From a virus (Duplodnaviria; Heunggongvirae; Uroviricota; Caudoviricetes), in IMG/VR virus record IMGVR_UViG_2695420343_000003: a stretch of 45,821 bases of DNA; one strand, 5' to 3'. Positions within the stretch are counted from its first letter, which is position 1; each line of letters starts with the position of its first letter. A program made the position numbers and the translations under genes. Shown here one piece after another: positions 10,191 through 19,343 of this stretch. The notes under the pieces were generated by a model. The model made no database searches and had not been told where the DNA came from. It saw only the letters and a list, made by a program, of their open reading frames with translations.

Positions 10191-10260
10191 TTACATAAAA
10201 CACAAAACAGCTTGACCATATAACACAAGGTGTGTTTAAAATTGTCATCGGAGGTTTTCA

Positions 10261-10503
10261 ATGAACAAAATTTCAACATATCGAAAACAGCTTGGGCTGT
10301 CTCAAAGACAACTTGCTGTTCAGTTAGGGTGGATACAAAGCCGACTGGCAAATTACGAAGCAAATTTTCGTACCCCTGGACTAGAGGAGTGCAGAAAAAT
10401 TGTTTCTACCCTTAATCGGCTTGGCGCTCATTGTGGACTTGACGATATATTCCCCCCAGACGGTAAGCATAGCGAAAACAGCATAGGAGCGGTTGATTCA
10501 TGA
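10261..10503 (+). CDS. Cro-like HTH regulator
   Basis: 80 aa; HTH (LGLSQRQLAVQLGWIQSRLANYEA); first gene of rightward operon, GGAGG RBS. Confidence 0.7.
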   Translation: MNKISTYRKQLGLSQRQLAVQLGWIQSRLANYEANFRTPGLEECRKIVSTLNRLGAHCGLDDIFPPDGKHSENSIGAVDS

Positions 10504-10922
10504 AAATCAGGCATGAGCACATCGAATCAGTGTTGTTAGCCCTGGCAGCCGAAAAAGGGCAGGCGTGGGTCGCTAACGCAATTACTGAAGAATATCTGCG
10601 CCAGGGGGGCGGCGAATTGCCCCTTGTACCAGGCAAGGACTGGAACAATCAGCAGAATATCTATCACCGTTGGTTGAAAGGTGAAACGAAAGCGCAAAGG
10701 GAAAAAATTCAGAAACTGATCCCTGCGGTTCTGGCAATTCTTCCGCGCGAGCTGCGTCACCGACTCTGCATCTTCGATACCCTGGAACGCCGTGCATTAC
10801 TGGCGGCGCAGGAAGCGTTGAGTACGGCAATTGATGCGCATGATGATGCAGTCCAGGCCGTTTACCGGAAAGCACATTTCAGCGGTGGTGGGTCGCCCGG
10901 CGATTCTGTCGTAGTGCATTGA
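10500..10922 (+). CDS. ydaT: YdaT-like protein (CII functional analog / putative toxin)
   Basis: 140 aa; MKIRHEHIESVLLALAAEKGQAWVANAITEEYLRQGGGELPLVPGKDWNNQQNIYHRW… matches recalled Rac YdaT. Confidence 0.7.
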   Translation: MKIRHEHIESVLLALAAEKGQAWVANAITEEYLRQGGGELPLVPGKDWNNQQNIYHRWLKGETKAQREKIQKLIPAVLAILPRELRHRLCIFDTLERRALLAAQEALSTAIDAHDDAVQAVYRKAHFSGGGSPGDSVVVH

Positions 10923-10966
10923 TTGAAATTAATCGTGCCGGATTGTTTTGTTCGGTATCAGTTAAA

Positions 10967-11386
10967 TGTAACGCTGCGAGCGTTACAAGGTGAAAACAAA
11001 TGGCTTCAAACTGGATAAAGCTCGAGGTTATTACGCCGGATAAGCCGGAAATATTCAGGCTTGCTGAGATTCTGAATATTGATCCAGATGCCGCATTAGG
11101 GAAGGTTATTCGCTTCTGGGCATGGGCGGATCAACAAATGATAGACGGTAATGCAAATTGTAACGCTCGCGGCGTTACAAAAAGTGCAATAGATCGCATC
11201 ACTTTTATGGCTGGTTTTGCTGATGCGTTAATTCAGGTTGGATGGCTGGTCGAAAATGACGTTGGGCTTTCTCTACCTAACTTTGAACGTCATAACGGAA
11301 AAAGCTCTAAAAAACGGGCGGTTACAAACGAGCGAGTTACAAAAATACGCGAACTGAAACGAAAAGGTAACGCTGCCAGCGTTACA
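10967..11386. repeat. Iteron-like palindromic repeats GTAACGC-N5-GCGTTAC (candidate origin / initiator binding sites)
   Basis: Copies at 10967..10987, 11159..11179, 11367..11386, plus tandem GTTACAAA x2 at 11321..11344; one upstream of and three inside the O-like gene. Confidence 0.55.
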
Positions 11387-11788
11387 CAAACGGATCAAAA
11401 AGCGTTACCAGAGGAAGAGGAAGAGGAAGATCTAAATACTGATCTCCCCCTAAATCCCCCTCGCCAAAAACGAGCGTCTAAAAAATTCGAGCCGGAGGCT
11501 ATTGAGCTGCCCGATTGGTTGCCGGAAACACTCTGGCATGAGTGGGTCCGGTTCAGACAGGCATTGCGAAAACCGATTCGAACGGAGCAGGGCGCTAACG
11601 GGGCGATACGGGAACTGGAAAAATTCCGTCAGCAGGGTTTTACACCTGAGCAGGTGATTCGACACAGCATCGCCAATGAATACCAGGGCCTGTTCGCGCC
11701 GAAAGGTGTTCGGCCTGAGACGTTGCTCCGACAGGTTAACACCGTCTCGTTGCCGGACAGTGCGATCCCGCCAGGCTTCAGGGGGTAA
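11000..11788 (+). CDS. Replication initiation protein (lambda O-like / YdaU-like)
   Basis: 262 aa; position upstream of the DnaC-like gene; internal repeat array and acidic linker (EEEEEED) as in O-type initiators. Confidence 0.65.
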   Translation: MASNWIKLEVITPDKPEIFRLAEILNIDPDAALGKVIRFWAWADQQMIDGNANCNARGVTKSAIDRITFMAGFADALIQVGWLVENDVGLSLPNFERHNGKSSKKRAVTNERVTKIRELKRKGNAASVTQTDQKALPEEEEEEDLNTDLPLNPPRQKRASKKFEPEAIELPDWLPETLWHEWVRFRQALRKPIRTEQGANGAIRELEKFRQQGFTPEQVIRHSIANEYQGLFAPKGVRPETLLRQVNTVSLPDSAIPPGFRG

Positions 11789-11794
11789 CGGACC

Positions 11795-12541
11795 ATGAAA
11801 AATATTGCGACAGGAGGCGTTCTGGAGCGTATCCGCAGACTGACCCCACCACATGTAACCGCCCCATTCAGAACGGTTGCGGAGTGGCGCGAGTGGCAAC
11901 TTGCTGAAGGCCAGAAACGTTGCGAGGAGATCAACCGCCTGAATCGTCAGTTGCGGGTGGAAAAAATCCTGAATCGCTCTGGCATCCAGCCGTTGCACCG
12001 CAAATGCTCGTTTGCGAATTACCAGGTGCAGAACGAAGGGCAGCGATACGCGTTAAGCCAGGCGAAATCCATCGCCGATGAACTGATGACCGGGTGTACA
12101 AATTTTGCGTTCAGCGGAAAACCTGGTACCGGGAAGAATCACTTAGCGGCAGCTATCGGGAATCGCCTGCTGAAAGACGGTCAGACAGTGATTGTGGTTA
12201 CCGTGGCTGATGTCATGAGCGCCCTGCACACCAGCTATGACGACGGGCAGTCAGGCGAAAAATTTTTGCGGGAGCTGTGCGAAGTGGATCTGCTGGTTCT
12301 TGATGAAATTGGCATTCAGCGCGAGACGAAAAACGAGCAGGTGGTACTGCACCAGATTATTGATCGACGGACAGCGTCGATGCGTAGCGTGGGAATGCTG
12401 ACAAACCTGAACTATGAGGCCATGAAAACATTGCTCGGCGAGAGGATTATGGATCGCATGACCATGAACGGCGGGTGTTGGGTGAATTTTAACTGGGAGA
12501 GCTGGCGTCCGAATGTCGTCCAGCCAGGAATTGCGAAGTGA
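11795..12541 (+). CDS. DnaC-like helicase loader (IstB-type AAA+ ATPase)
   Basis: Walker [12 protein letters not shown] and Walker [10 protein letters not shown]; 248 aa. Confidence 0.85.
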   Translation: MKNIATGGVLERIRRLTPPHVTAPFRTVAEWREWQLAEGQKRCEEINRLNRQLRVEKILNRSGIQPLHRKCSFANYQVQNEGQRYALSQAKSIADELMTGCTNFAFSGKPGTGKNHLAAAIGNRLLKDGQTVIVVTVADVMSALHTSYDDGQSGEKFLRELCEVDLLVLDEIGIQRETKNEQVVLHQIIDRRTASMRSVGMLTNLNYEAMKTLLGERIMDRMTMNGGCWVNFNWESWRPNVVQPGIAK

Positions 12542-12564
12542 TTTTTACCGGGAGGAAATTTTAA

Positions 12565-13325
12565 TGGAGACTGTTTTTGACGCACTGAAAGCAATGGGAA
12601 AAGCCACGTCGGTAGAACTGGCTGCGCGACTTGATATCAGTCGTGAAGAGGTACTGAACGAGCTGTGGGAACTGAAAAAGGCTGGTTTCGTTGATAAAAG
12701 CGTATACACTTGGTGTGTGGCTGATAACAACGTTCAGCAGGAACAGCCAGAGCAGGCAGAACTGCCGGAAGAAACCACCACGGCAACAGTCGCGAAAATT
12801 TCGGAGTGCGATTTAACTGCGGCGATTGAACAACGTGGACCACAAACGGCGGATGAGTTGGCTACATTGTTCGGTACCACATCACGCAAAGTGGCTTCAA
12901 CGTTGGCAATGGCAATCAGCAAAGGTCGTCTGATTCGCGTAAATCAGGGCGGTAAATTTCGTTACTGCATACCGGGCGATAATTTACCAGCAGAGCCGAA
13001 AGCAGCATCGGTAGCGGAAACTGATGGTAAGGCCTTTCCTCAGCCCGCAGGTGTTGCGTTACCAGTACAGGAGGCTGCAACACAGGAAGATATTAAAACA
13101 GAAACTGTGGCGGACATTGTGCAGTCGCTGCCATCGTTTACTGAAACGCGAGCGGATGACCTGGTTTTACCATCACTGCATATGGCAAACCGCGAACTGC
13201 GTCGGGCGAAAAATCATGTCCAGAAGTGGGAGCGTGTCTGCGCCGCGCTGCGTGAGTTGAACAAGCACAGGGATATTGTACGACAGATTACTGATTCTTC
13301 CCGCCATGTTGCATCGGAAAAGTGA
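12565..13325 (+). CDS. Hypothetical phage protein (N-terminal winged-helix-like)
   Basis: ATG at 12565 with GGGAGG RBS; track ORF start at 12513 probably an over-extension. Confidence 0.5.
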
Positions 13326-13340
13326 TTGCCGGAGGCACCT

Positions 13341-13772
13341 ATGGCAAAAGTATTTACACCAGAAGAGCGGGAAAAAATTAAAGGGCAGGTTGTTGAACTT
13401 GTACGTCTGAGCGGTCGCGAGACGTTACGGGCTCTGGAGGCTAAAACCGGTGCATCAAGGTATTACATAAGCACTCTCGCCAGAGAACTGGTCGCCAGTG
13501 GTGATGTTTACAATTCAGGCTACGGATTATTCCCGTCTGAGCAGGCTCGTAAGGACTGGCAAAACGCCCGCAAAAAACTATCCAGGGCAAAGGTGAAAAA
13601 AACGGTTGTGGTTGATCCTGACCTTATCTGGTCATTACCAGACGGAGAAATACGCCGCTACGACAGGCGCCTGAATATAATCTGTCGCGAGTGCCGGAAA
13701 AGCGAAGTTATGCAGCGTGTACTGGCATTTTACCAGAGTAATTTCAGGAGGTTGTCTGGTGAGCACGATTAA
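13341..13772 (+). CDS. Hypothetical phage protein
   Basis: 143 aa from ATG with GGAGG RBS; C-terminal CxxC (CRECRK). Confidence 0.5.
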   Translation: MAKVFTPEEREKIKGQVVELVRLSGRETLRALEAKTGASRYYISTLARELVASGDVYNSGYGLFPSEQARKDWQNARKKLSRAKVKKTVVVDPDLIWSLPDGEIRRYDRRLNIICRECRKSEVMQRVLAFYQSNFRRLSGEHD

Positions 13773-13805
13773 CTACTAGGGGGGATAACAATAAAATAAA
13801 GCCTC

Positions 13806-14846
13806 CTAGGAGGCTTTGATTATATTAAGCAAATGTTTTCCAATCGTTTCAGACATCTTCGGAGGGACCGCATTTCCTATTTGACGAGCCCGAGATTGCA
13901 AAGAACCAATAAATTTATAATCCAAAGGAAATGTTTGTAGACACGCTGCTTCACGAACCGATATTGCTCGATTTTGTGTTGGATGTCCAAAACGTCCATT
14001 TGAATAGCTAATACAACGAGTTGTTAGTCCGCTGGCTGGTTTGTCCCAACTCAAACGTCCATATACGTCTGTATGCCCTTTATGGTTACGATGGCATTCT
14101 AAAATCAATTCATCTGGCCAAAATTCTCGACTTCCACCTTCAGGAGTGCATTTTATTCTACGTAAATTAAGCTCTGATAAGCGTGCAGCTTCATGATCAG
14201 GAATACTATTATGCTTTTCTCCTGCTTCTATCTTCGGTAAATTAGCGATCCAGTCCTTTACTGTTGAATAGGGAGTATTTCCAACCCCATGTGTAGGAGA
14301 AGGCAATGCGACATAAAAATCCTTGGATGCAATGAGCACTAATCTTTCTCGCGTCTGTGGTACACCGTACCACGCAGCTGGCATTACTTTATAATCTACA
14401 CTATATCCCTTTGATGAAAGCATTTCTAAAAACATCATGAATGTTCCTTCATTTTTGTTAAACTTTTGCATTCCTGGCACGTTTTCAACAAAAATAAAAT
14501 CAGGCATATAATGCTCTACAAAACGACTGAATTCCTTTAATAGATCTAATCGTGGATCATCATTTTTTTTATTTGAGTTTTGCTTAGAGTACGGTTGACA
14601 AGGCGCACATCCTGAAAAAAGAATGTAATCATTACGATGTTTTTTTACTAACTTGTTTATGGCATTGTTGTCGATTAACCTAATGTCCGAGTTAATAAAA
14701 GCAGCTTGCGGGAAATTTGCACGAAATGAACTGGCTGCATCAACGTCGAAATCGAGGCCAAAAACAATATCCATTCCAGCTTGATGGAAACCTTGGCTGG
14801 TTCCACCACAACCGGAAAAGAAGTCAAACACTTTGATTTTTTTCAT
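13806..14846 (-). CDS. DNA (cytosine-5)-methyltransferase (Dcm-like)
   Basis: C5-MTase motifs: I FDFFSGCGG, IV GCAPCQPYS (catalytic Cys), VI FVENVPGM, VIII QTRERLVLIA, X GNAVPP; AT-rich; 23 bp downstream of the ATPase gene on the same strand. Confidence 0.9.
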   Translation of the reverse strand: MKKIKVFDFFSGCGGTSQGFHQAGMDIVFGLDFDVDAASSFRANFPQAAFINSDIRLIDNNAINKLVKKHRNDYILFSGCAPCQPYSKQNSNKKNDDPRLDLLKEFSRFVEHYMPDFIFVENVPGMQKFNKNEGTFMMFLEMLSSKGYSVDYKVMPAAWYGVPQTRERLVLIASKDFYVALPSPTHGVGNTPYSTVKDWIANLPKIEAGEKHNSIPDHEAARLSELNLRRIKCTPEGGSREFWPDELILECHRNHKGHTDVYGRLSWDKPASGLTTRCISYSNGRFGHPTQNRAISVREAACLQTFPLDYKFIGSLQSRARQIGNAVPPKMSETIGKHLLNIIKAS

Positions 14847-14869
14847 TTTTCCCTCTGCATCCAGAATCA

Positions 14870-16699
14870 CTATCTAATGATACCACGGTCAAGAGCCTGA
14901 GTAATTATTTTTCTTATTTTTATAAATTCAGGCAATTCATTTTTAAGTCTTGCGGTCATCATTTGTTGGAGGCAAAAAATTTCCTCTGCATTTACTTCTT
15001 CTTTATCATACAGGTGTTGCGCTAATAATCTTATTTGATTCTTATACAGCTCTGGATCATTAGAACTCCAGGTCTGTGAATCAATTATTTCTTTTTCACT
15101 TGGCGTAATTGCCTTTTCAATGAGTAATTGTTCGGGAGTATCAAATGGTAAATACTGCACTTTATTGAATGCATACTCAAGCACTTGCCTTTTGAGTCTA
15201 TTAGATTCTTGTTCATTTTTTTTGCCATTACTACCACTGGCATTGATAATTAACTCGCAACCATAATATTTGCACATTGTATTAACTAAATCAGCATCAG
15301 CAATTTCACTAATTCTTACTGGTTTTATTTTTTTGTTTTTATCACCATCAAGTAAAAACAAAATATCATTGCGTTCTACCACAGCGTAACTGGGAAGATG
15401 CTTGCTTAAAATTGTCTCCGAACCACCTGGTATATAACTTACACTAAATGATAAACTTAATCTTTCATAATTTTTAATCGCTTTATCTATAATTGCTTTA
15501 GCTAATTTATCTTCTACAATTATTGTTTTCTTGTTAATATCATGCCCTAGCTCTATAAAAGCTTCATCCGGTGCTATATTTTGAACTATTTTAGCTGTTT
15601 CACTCTCTTCATCAAAAACAAATAATTTAATAGCATCTTTGGGAAGAGTGTTCACAATAACAGGAGAATGGGTTGATATTACCACTTGATGTTTTTTCTG
15701 CTCAACAATAGAGTACAGAACATCCATCATCCTTTTCTGTGCACCAGGGTGAAGTGAAACTTCTGGTTCGTCAAGAAGAATTAATGAATTAGGTTTGGCC
15801 GAATAAATATTGAGTATTAGTGAAACTATTGCAAATTCACCACTTCCAGCAAAAGCTTCTGTATAGTTCAACTTATCAGTTGAAAGTAAAGCGGTTCCTC
15901 CTCTGGTTCCAAATAACCGATGCTCAAGAAATTTAATGACTTTATATTTTTTTCCTAATATAAATGAGACGTGCTCAACTAGTTCTGGCGCCAAGGTTAT
16001 ATTTTTAACAATGGTTTCCGTCCCCCAAAGTCTTAAATTATTTAGCTTTTCATCAAAAGCTTTCTTTATATATTTAGATTTGCTTCTGATATAGTCTTGC
16101 TTTGTAATTAATACACCACTCTTCTTCTTTCTTAATTTAAAATCAGAGTGATACATACATCTATCAAATGCACTTATTTCCGATCTGAAATCTAGGAAAA
16201 CCAATCCCTTCTTGATTTTTTTCCATCTGGTTGCATTACTATTAGCACCCAGATCATCCGAAATACTCTCCATGTTATCACCAACAGATGGTCGACTTGT
16301 TTCCCAATAATCGATTGTTTTCTTGGTAGCATTGATACGCGCTTGGAGTATTTCAACTAAACGGCCATCAGCATTTTTATATCCATATATATATCTAGGC
16401 TTAAGAGAACTGCCATCAGCAAGTTTTAGGTCAGGAAACTCATCTGTTTCAGTTGTGAACCAATAACGAGTTATATTTTTACCATGTGGGCAACCAAATA
16501 GCGCTTTGATAACAGAACTTTTATTAGTTCCATTTTTTCCTACTAAAGCCGTTATAGGGAACTGAAAATCGATCCTTGCATTCTGCTCTATATTTTTAAA
16601 GTATGGAAAACGGATATGTTGTATGAATGGTTCAAATTCACCGTTTTTTAACGCGCACTGGAGTGTTCGAATTTTGCTCTTGTATGCGGAAGTGCTCAT
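14870..16699 (-). CDS. OLD-family ATP-dependent nuclease (ABC-type ATPase + Toprim-like domain)
   Basis: Walker A LVGKNGTNKSS, signature-like AGSGEF, Walker B LILLDEPEVSLHP, H-loop ISTHSP; C-terminal Toprim-like motifs TIIVEDK and FLLDGDKN; very AT-rich. Confidence 0.8.
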   Translation of the reverse strand: MSTSAYKSKIRTLQCALKNGEFEPFIQHIRFPYFKNIEQNARIDFQFPITALVGKNGTNKSSVIKALFGCPHGKNITRYWFTTETDEFPDLKLADGSSLKPRYIYGYKNADGRLVEILQARINATKKTIDYWETSRPSVGDNMESISDDLGANSNATRWKKIKKGLVFLDFRSEISAFDRCMYHSDFKLRKKKSGVLITKQDYIRSKSKYIKKAFDEKLNNLRLWGTETIVKNITLAPELVEHVSFILGKKYKVIKFLEHRLFGTRGGTALLSTDKLNYTEAFAGSGEFAIVSLILNIYSAKPNSLILLDEPEVSLHPGAQKRMMDVLYSIVEQKKHQVVISTHSPVIVNTLPKDAIKLFVFDEESETAKIVQNIAPDEAFIELGHDINKKTIIVEDKLAKAIIDKAIKNYERLSLSFSVSYIPGGSETILSKHLPSYAVVERNDILFLLDGDKNKKIKPVRISEIADADLVNTMCKYYGCELIINASGSNGKKNEQESNRLKRQVLEYAFNKVQYLPFDTPEQLLIEKAITPSEKEIIDSQTWSSNDPELYKNQIRLLAQHLYDKEEVNAEEIFCLQQMMTARLKNELPEFIKIRKIITQALDRGIIR

Positions 16700-16847
16700 T
16701 GTTTACTAAAGTCCATAATAGGCTATTAACAGGTTGAGGATGACATGATAGCGATTTTTAATGCAGATAAAAGAGGTTTGTTGGTTAGCACACAACAGAA
16801 AAAGTGACCTTACCGCTTGAACGAAAGGTAAGGGTAAGTAGGCTGTG

Positions 16848-17000
16848 ATGCAGCAAAAGGCGATGTTAATCGCCCTGATCGTCATCTGTTTAACCGTCGT
16901 TGTGACGGCACTGGTAACGAGGAAAGACATCTGCGAGGTACGAATCCGAACCGGCCAGACGGAGGTCGCTGTCTTCACAGCTTACGAACCTGAGGAGTAA
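16848..17000 (+). CDS. hok: Hok/Gef-family type I toxin (50 aa)
   Basis: Hand-translated: MQQKAMLIALIVICLTVVVTALVTRKDICEVRIRTGQTEVAVFTAYEPEE, near-identical to recalled HokD/RelF; short upstream ORF ends TGATG-coupled to the start (mok-like). Confidence 0.8.
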   Translation: MQQKAMLIALIVICLTVVVTALVTRKDICEVRIRTGQTEVAVFTAYEPEE

Positions 17001-17067
17001 GAGACCCGGCGGAGGAGAAATCCCCCGCCACCTCTGATGTGTCAGGCATCCTCAACGCACCCGTACT

Positions 17068-17089
17068 TAGCCGCTTCGGCGGGTTTTTT
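17068..17089 (+). terminator. Terminator at 3' end of hok mRNA
   Basis: gccgcttcggcggg hairpin + TTTTTT. Confidence 0.65.
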
Positions 17090-17274
17090 GTTGCGCGCTG
17101 AATACGCAGGGTGAAAAATAACCATATATTTGATTATATACACAACAAAAAATAAAAGTCATTGTACCTGCACATTAAATAATCAAATATACGGCGTGAA
17201 ATAAATATTTTTCAGATTAATATTTTTGTCTCTATGTGGATATAACCGTTTGTACTTATAAACTCGGAGGCATC

Positions 17275-17487
17275 GTGGAAAAAATAAAGAAACTATTTAG
17301 TTGTAAATACGCAGTCATACGTCGTGATGACCTGTCAGTTATAGTCGAAATGGATTACTTCCCTGAAACCCCAAAATCAATGATGTATCGTAATGGTCGA
17401 AAGGCAATTTTTTTACCGATGAGGGTAAGTGACATTATGGGAAATGATAAACTGCTGGATGAATTGCGAGTCAGAGCATCCTGTTAG
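17275..17487 (+). CDS. Hypothetical small phage protein
   Basis: GTG start preceded by GGAGG (alternative ATG at 17236 lacks an RBS); 70 aa. Confidence 0.4.
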   Translation: MEKIKKLFSCKYAVIRRDDLSVIVEMDYFPETPKSMMYRNGRKAIFLPMRVSDIMGNDKLLDELRVRASC

Positions 17488-17558
17488 TATTGGCATTAAT
17501 TCTGGTATACTACATAACGGGCTGAACACCCATTCTACTGCGCCAGCGGAGAACTACG

Positions 17559-18158
17559 ATGGCGCATATACAACTGGTCAAACAAACCTCTTCCGGATTA
17601 CTTCTCCCGGCGACGCCGGAGAGTTGCGATTTTTTGCATCAAATCAAAATAGGTGAGTGGATACACGCAGACTTTAAGCGTGTGCGTAACTACGCATTCC
17701 ATAAGCGTTTTTTCAAACTTCTGCAACTCGGATTCGATTACTGGACTCCGGTCGGTGGGGCGATCACTCCTCGCGAGCTAAAACTGGTGTCCGGTTTCGT
17801 TGATTATCTGTGCGAATCAGTAGGCCGGGAACATACGCCAGCTCTGAGCGAAGCCGCAGAGCAATATCTGAATACAGTTGCGACACACAGAACCCGAGAT
17901 ACAGCATTGCTAAAGTCGTTTGAGGCTTTCCGCGAGTGGGTAACCATTCAGGCCGGATTTTACACCGAGCATATTTATCCGGACGGTAGCCGTGGGCGCA
18001 GGGCGAAATCCATCTCGTTTGCGAATATGGACGAAACCGAGTTTCAGCAGGTTTATAAATCTGTACTGAATGTGCTGTGGAACTGGATCCTGTTCCGTAA
18101 ATTTTCCTCTCCGGAGGAAGTCGAAAATGTGGCTGCGCGGTTACTGGAGTTTGCGTAA
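17559..18158 (+). CDS. Nin-region phage protein (DUF1367-like), hypothetical
   Basis: 199 aa; GGAGAA RBS; located just upstream of a YbcO-like gene. Confidence 0.5.
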   Translation: MAHIQLVKQTSSGLLLPATPESCDFLHQIKIGEWIHADFKRVRNYAFHKRFFKLLQLGFDYWTPVGGAITPRELKLVSGFVDYLCESVGREHTPALSEAAEQYLNTVATHRTRDTALLKSFEAFREWVTIQAGFYTEHIYPDGSRGRRAKSISFANMDETEFQQVYKSVLNVLWNWILFRKFSSPEEVENVAARLLEFA

Positions 18159-18448
18159 TGGTGGATTTACGTAAAGCGGCGCAGGGGCAGATGTGCACCG
18201 TCAGAATTCCTGGCTACTGCAATCACAATCCCGAAACATCTGTGCTGGCGCATTACAGGCTGGCGGGGACGTGCGGAACAGCGACAAAACCACACGATAT
18301 GCAGGCAGCGATTGCCTGCAGCTCATGCCACGATTTAATCGACGGGCGGGTAAAAACCAGCGATTACACCAAAGAAGAATTACGCCTGATGCATGCAGAA
18401 GGTGTTTTTCGCACACAAGAAATCTGGAGAAAGGAAGGTTATTTATGA
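18158..18448 (+). CDS. YbcO-like putative nuclease (DUF1364)
   Basis: 96 aa; MVDLRKAAQGQMCTVRIPGYCNHNPETSVLAHYRLAGTCGTATKPHD…ACSSCHD resembles recalled DLP12 YbcO. Confidence 0.7.
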   Translation: MVDLRKAAQGQMCTVRIPGYCNHNPETSVLAHYRLAGTCGTATKPHDMQAAIACSSCHDLIDGRVKTSDYTKEELRLMHAEGVFRTQEIWRKEGYL

Positions 18449-18987
18449 TTTACCCAACAAATACAGGCAAAAGCGGGGAACACCTTCGTCTCACCACGCT
18501 GGAAAGTGTCTGGATTCAGGGAAAACTGCGCATGTGGGGGCGCTGGTCGTATATTGGCGGCGGTAAGACGGGAAATATGTTTAACCAGTTGCTGGCATCC
18601 AAAAAATTGACGAAAACAGCCGTCAACGAAGCCCTGCGCAGGATGAAAAAAGCAGGTCTGGACAAACCTGAACTTGAGGCTTTTTTGCGGGATATGATCA
18701 ACGGCAAGCAAAAAAGCTGGCTGGTGCATTGTACTGATGCAGAGGCGTTATGTATTGATAGAGTCATAAGTGAGGTGCTGGCAGAGCATCCTGGATTGAT
18801 TAGTGTCCTCCGGCAACGGTATGAAGGGCGGGGGATGACTAAGCGCAAAATGGCTGAATTGCTAAATGATGTACATCCTGAGTGGTGTTTTAGCACATGC
18901 GAAAAGCGAATTGCTAATTGGTTGGCTGTTGCTGAGTATGCCCTATATATTCCCATGCGAGAATCATTTGCTCAAAAAATAGCTTGA
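18445..18987 (+). CDS. Putative late-gene antiterminator (Q-like)
   Basis: 180 aa, last gene before the lysis region; TTATGA overlap with the YbcO-like gene; call is positional, not motif-based. Confidence 0.4.
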   Translation: MIYPTNTGKSGEHLRLTTLESVWIQGKLRMWGRWSYIGGGKTGNMFNQLLASKKLTKTAVNEALRRMKKAGLDKPELEAFLRDMINGKQKSWLVHCTDAEALCIDRVISEVLAEHPGLISVLRQRYEGRGMTKRKMAELLNDVHPEWCFSTCEKRIANWLAVAEYALYIPMRESFAQKIA

Positions 18988-19061
18988 TTTTTTACGCATA
19001 AACTGCTTCAATTCCGGTATGCTTCGCAAAGCTGTATCGCGAGGCGAACCAAGCGCATGAA

Positions 19062-19085
19062 CTTTACCAGAACCCGCCATTGAGC
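19062..19085 (+). terminator. Candidate tR'-like terminator downstream of the Q-like gene
   Basis: cccgccattgagcggg hairpin followed by ttttgttgttt; ~75 bp after the Q-like stop; candidate promoter -35 TTGATT 18976..18981, -10 TTCAAT 18999..19004. Confidence 0.4.
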
Positions 19086-19112
19086 GGGTTTTGTTGTTTC
19101 TGGAGAACACCC

Positions 19113-19343
19113 ATGAAATTTTATGAATTATCTTCTGATTCCCGATCTCAGGCCAGAATCACACTGGGTCAGTTCATTGTGGCTCGGGCTAACGCGGGGG
19201 TGGATGATTTTGAAAATTTGGGGCATTGCATCGCTGCCGCGTTTATTGCGATGGAGCGCTATGAAAGCGCCCCTGAGGTTGGTGAGGGGCGTAGCGGGAA
19301 CGGAATACCCGTTAATGGCGATCAAAACTCACTTCTTGATTAA
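19113..19343 (+). CDS. Hypothetical small protein (77 aa)
   Basis: ATG with GGAG ~8 nt upstream; convergent with and overlapping the 3' end of the 19329..19607 gene. Confidence 0.3.
   Translation: MKFYELSSDSRSQARITLGQFIVARANAGVDDFENLGHCIAAAFIAMERYESAPEVGEGRSGNGIPVNGDQNSLLD

Noticed and set aside
16706-16978. 90-aa minus-strand ORF antisense to the hok toxin gene
   Set aside because: Overlaps the conserved hok coding sequence on the opposite strand; the region more plausibly encodes the antisense sok RNA than a protein.
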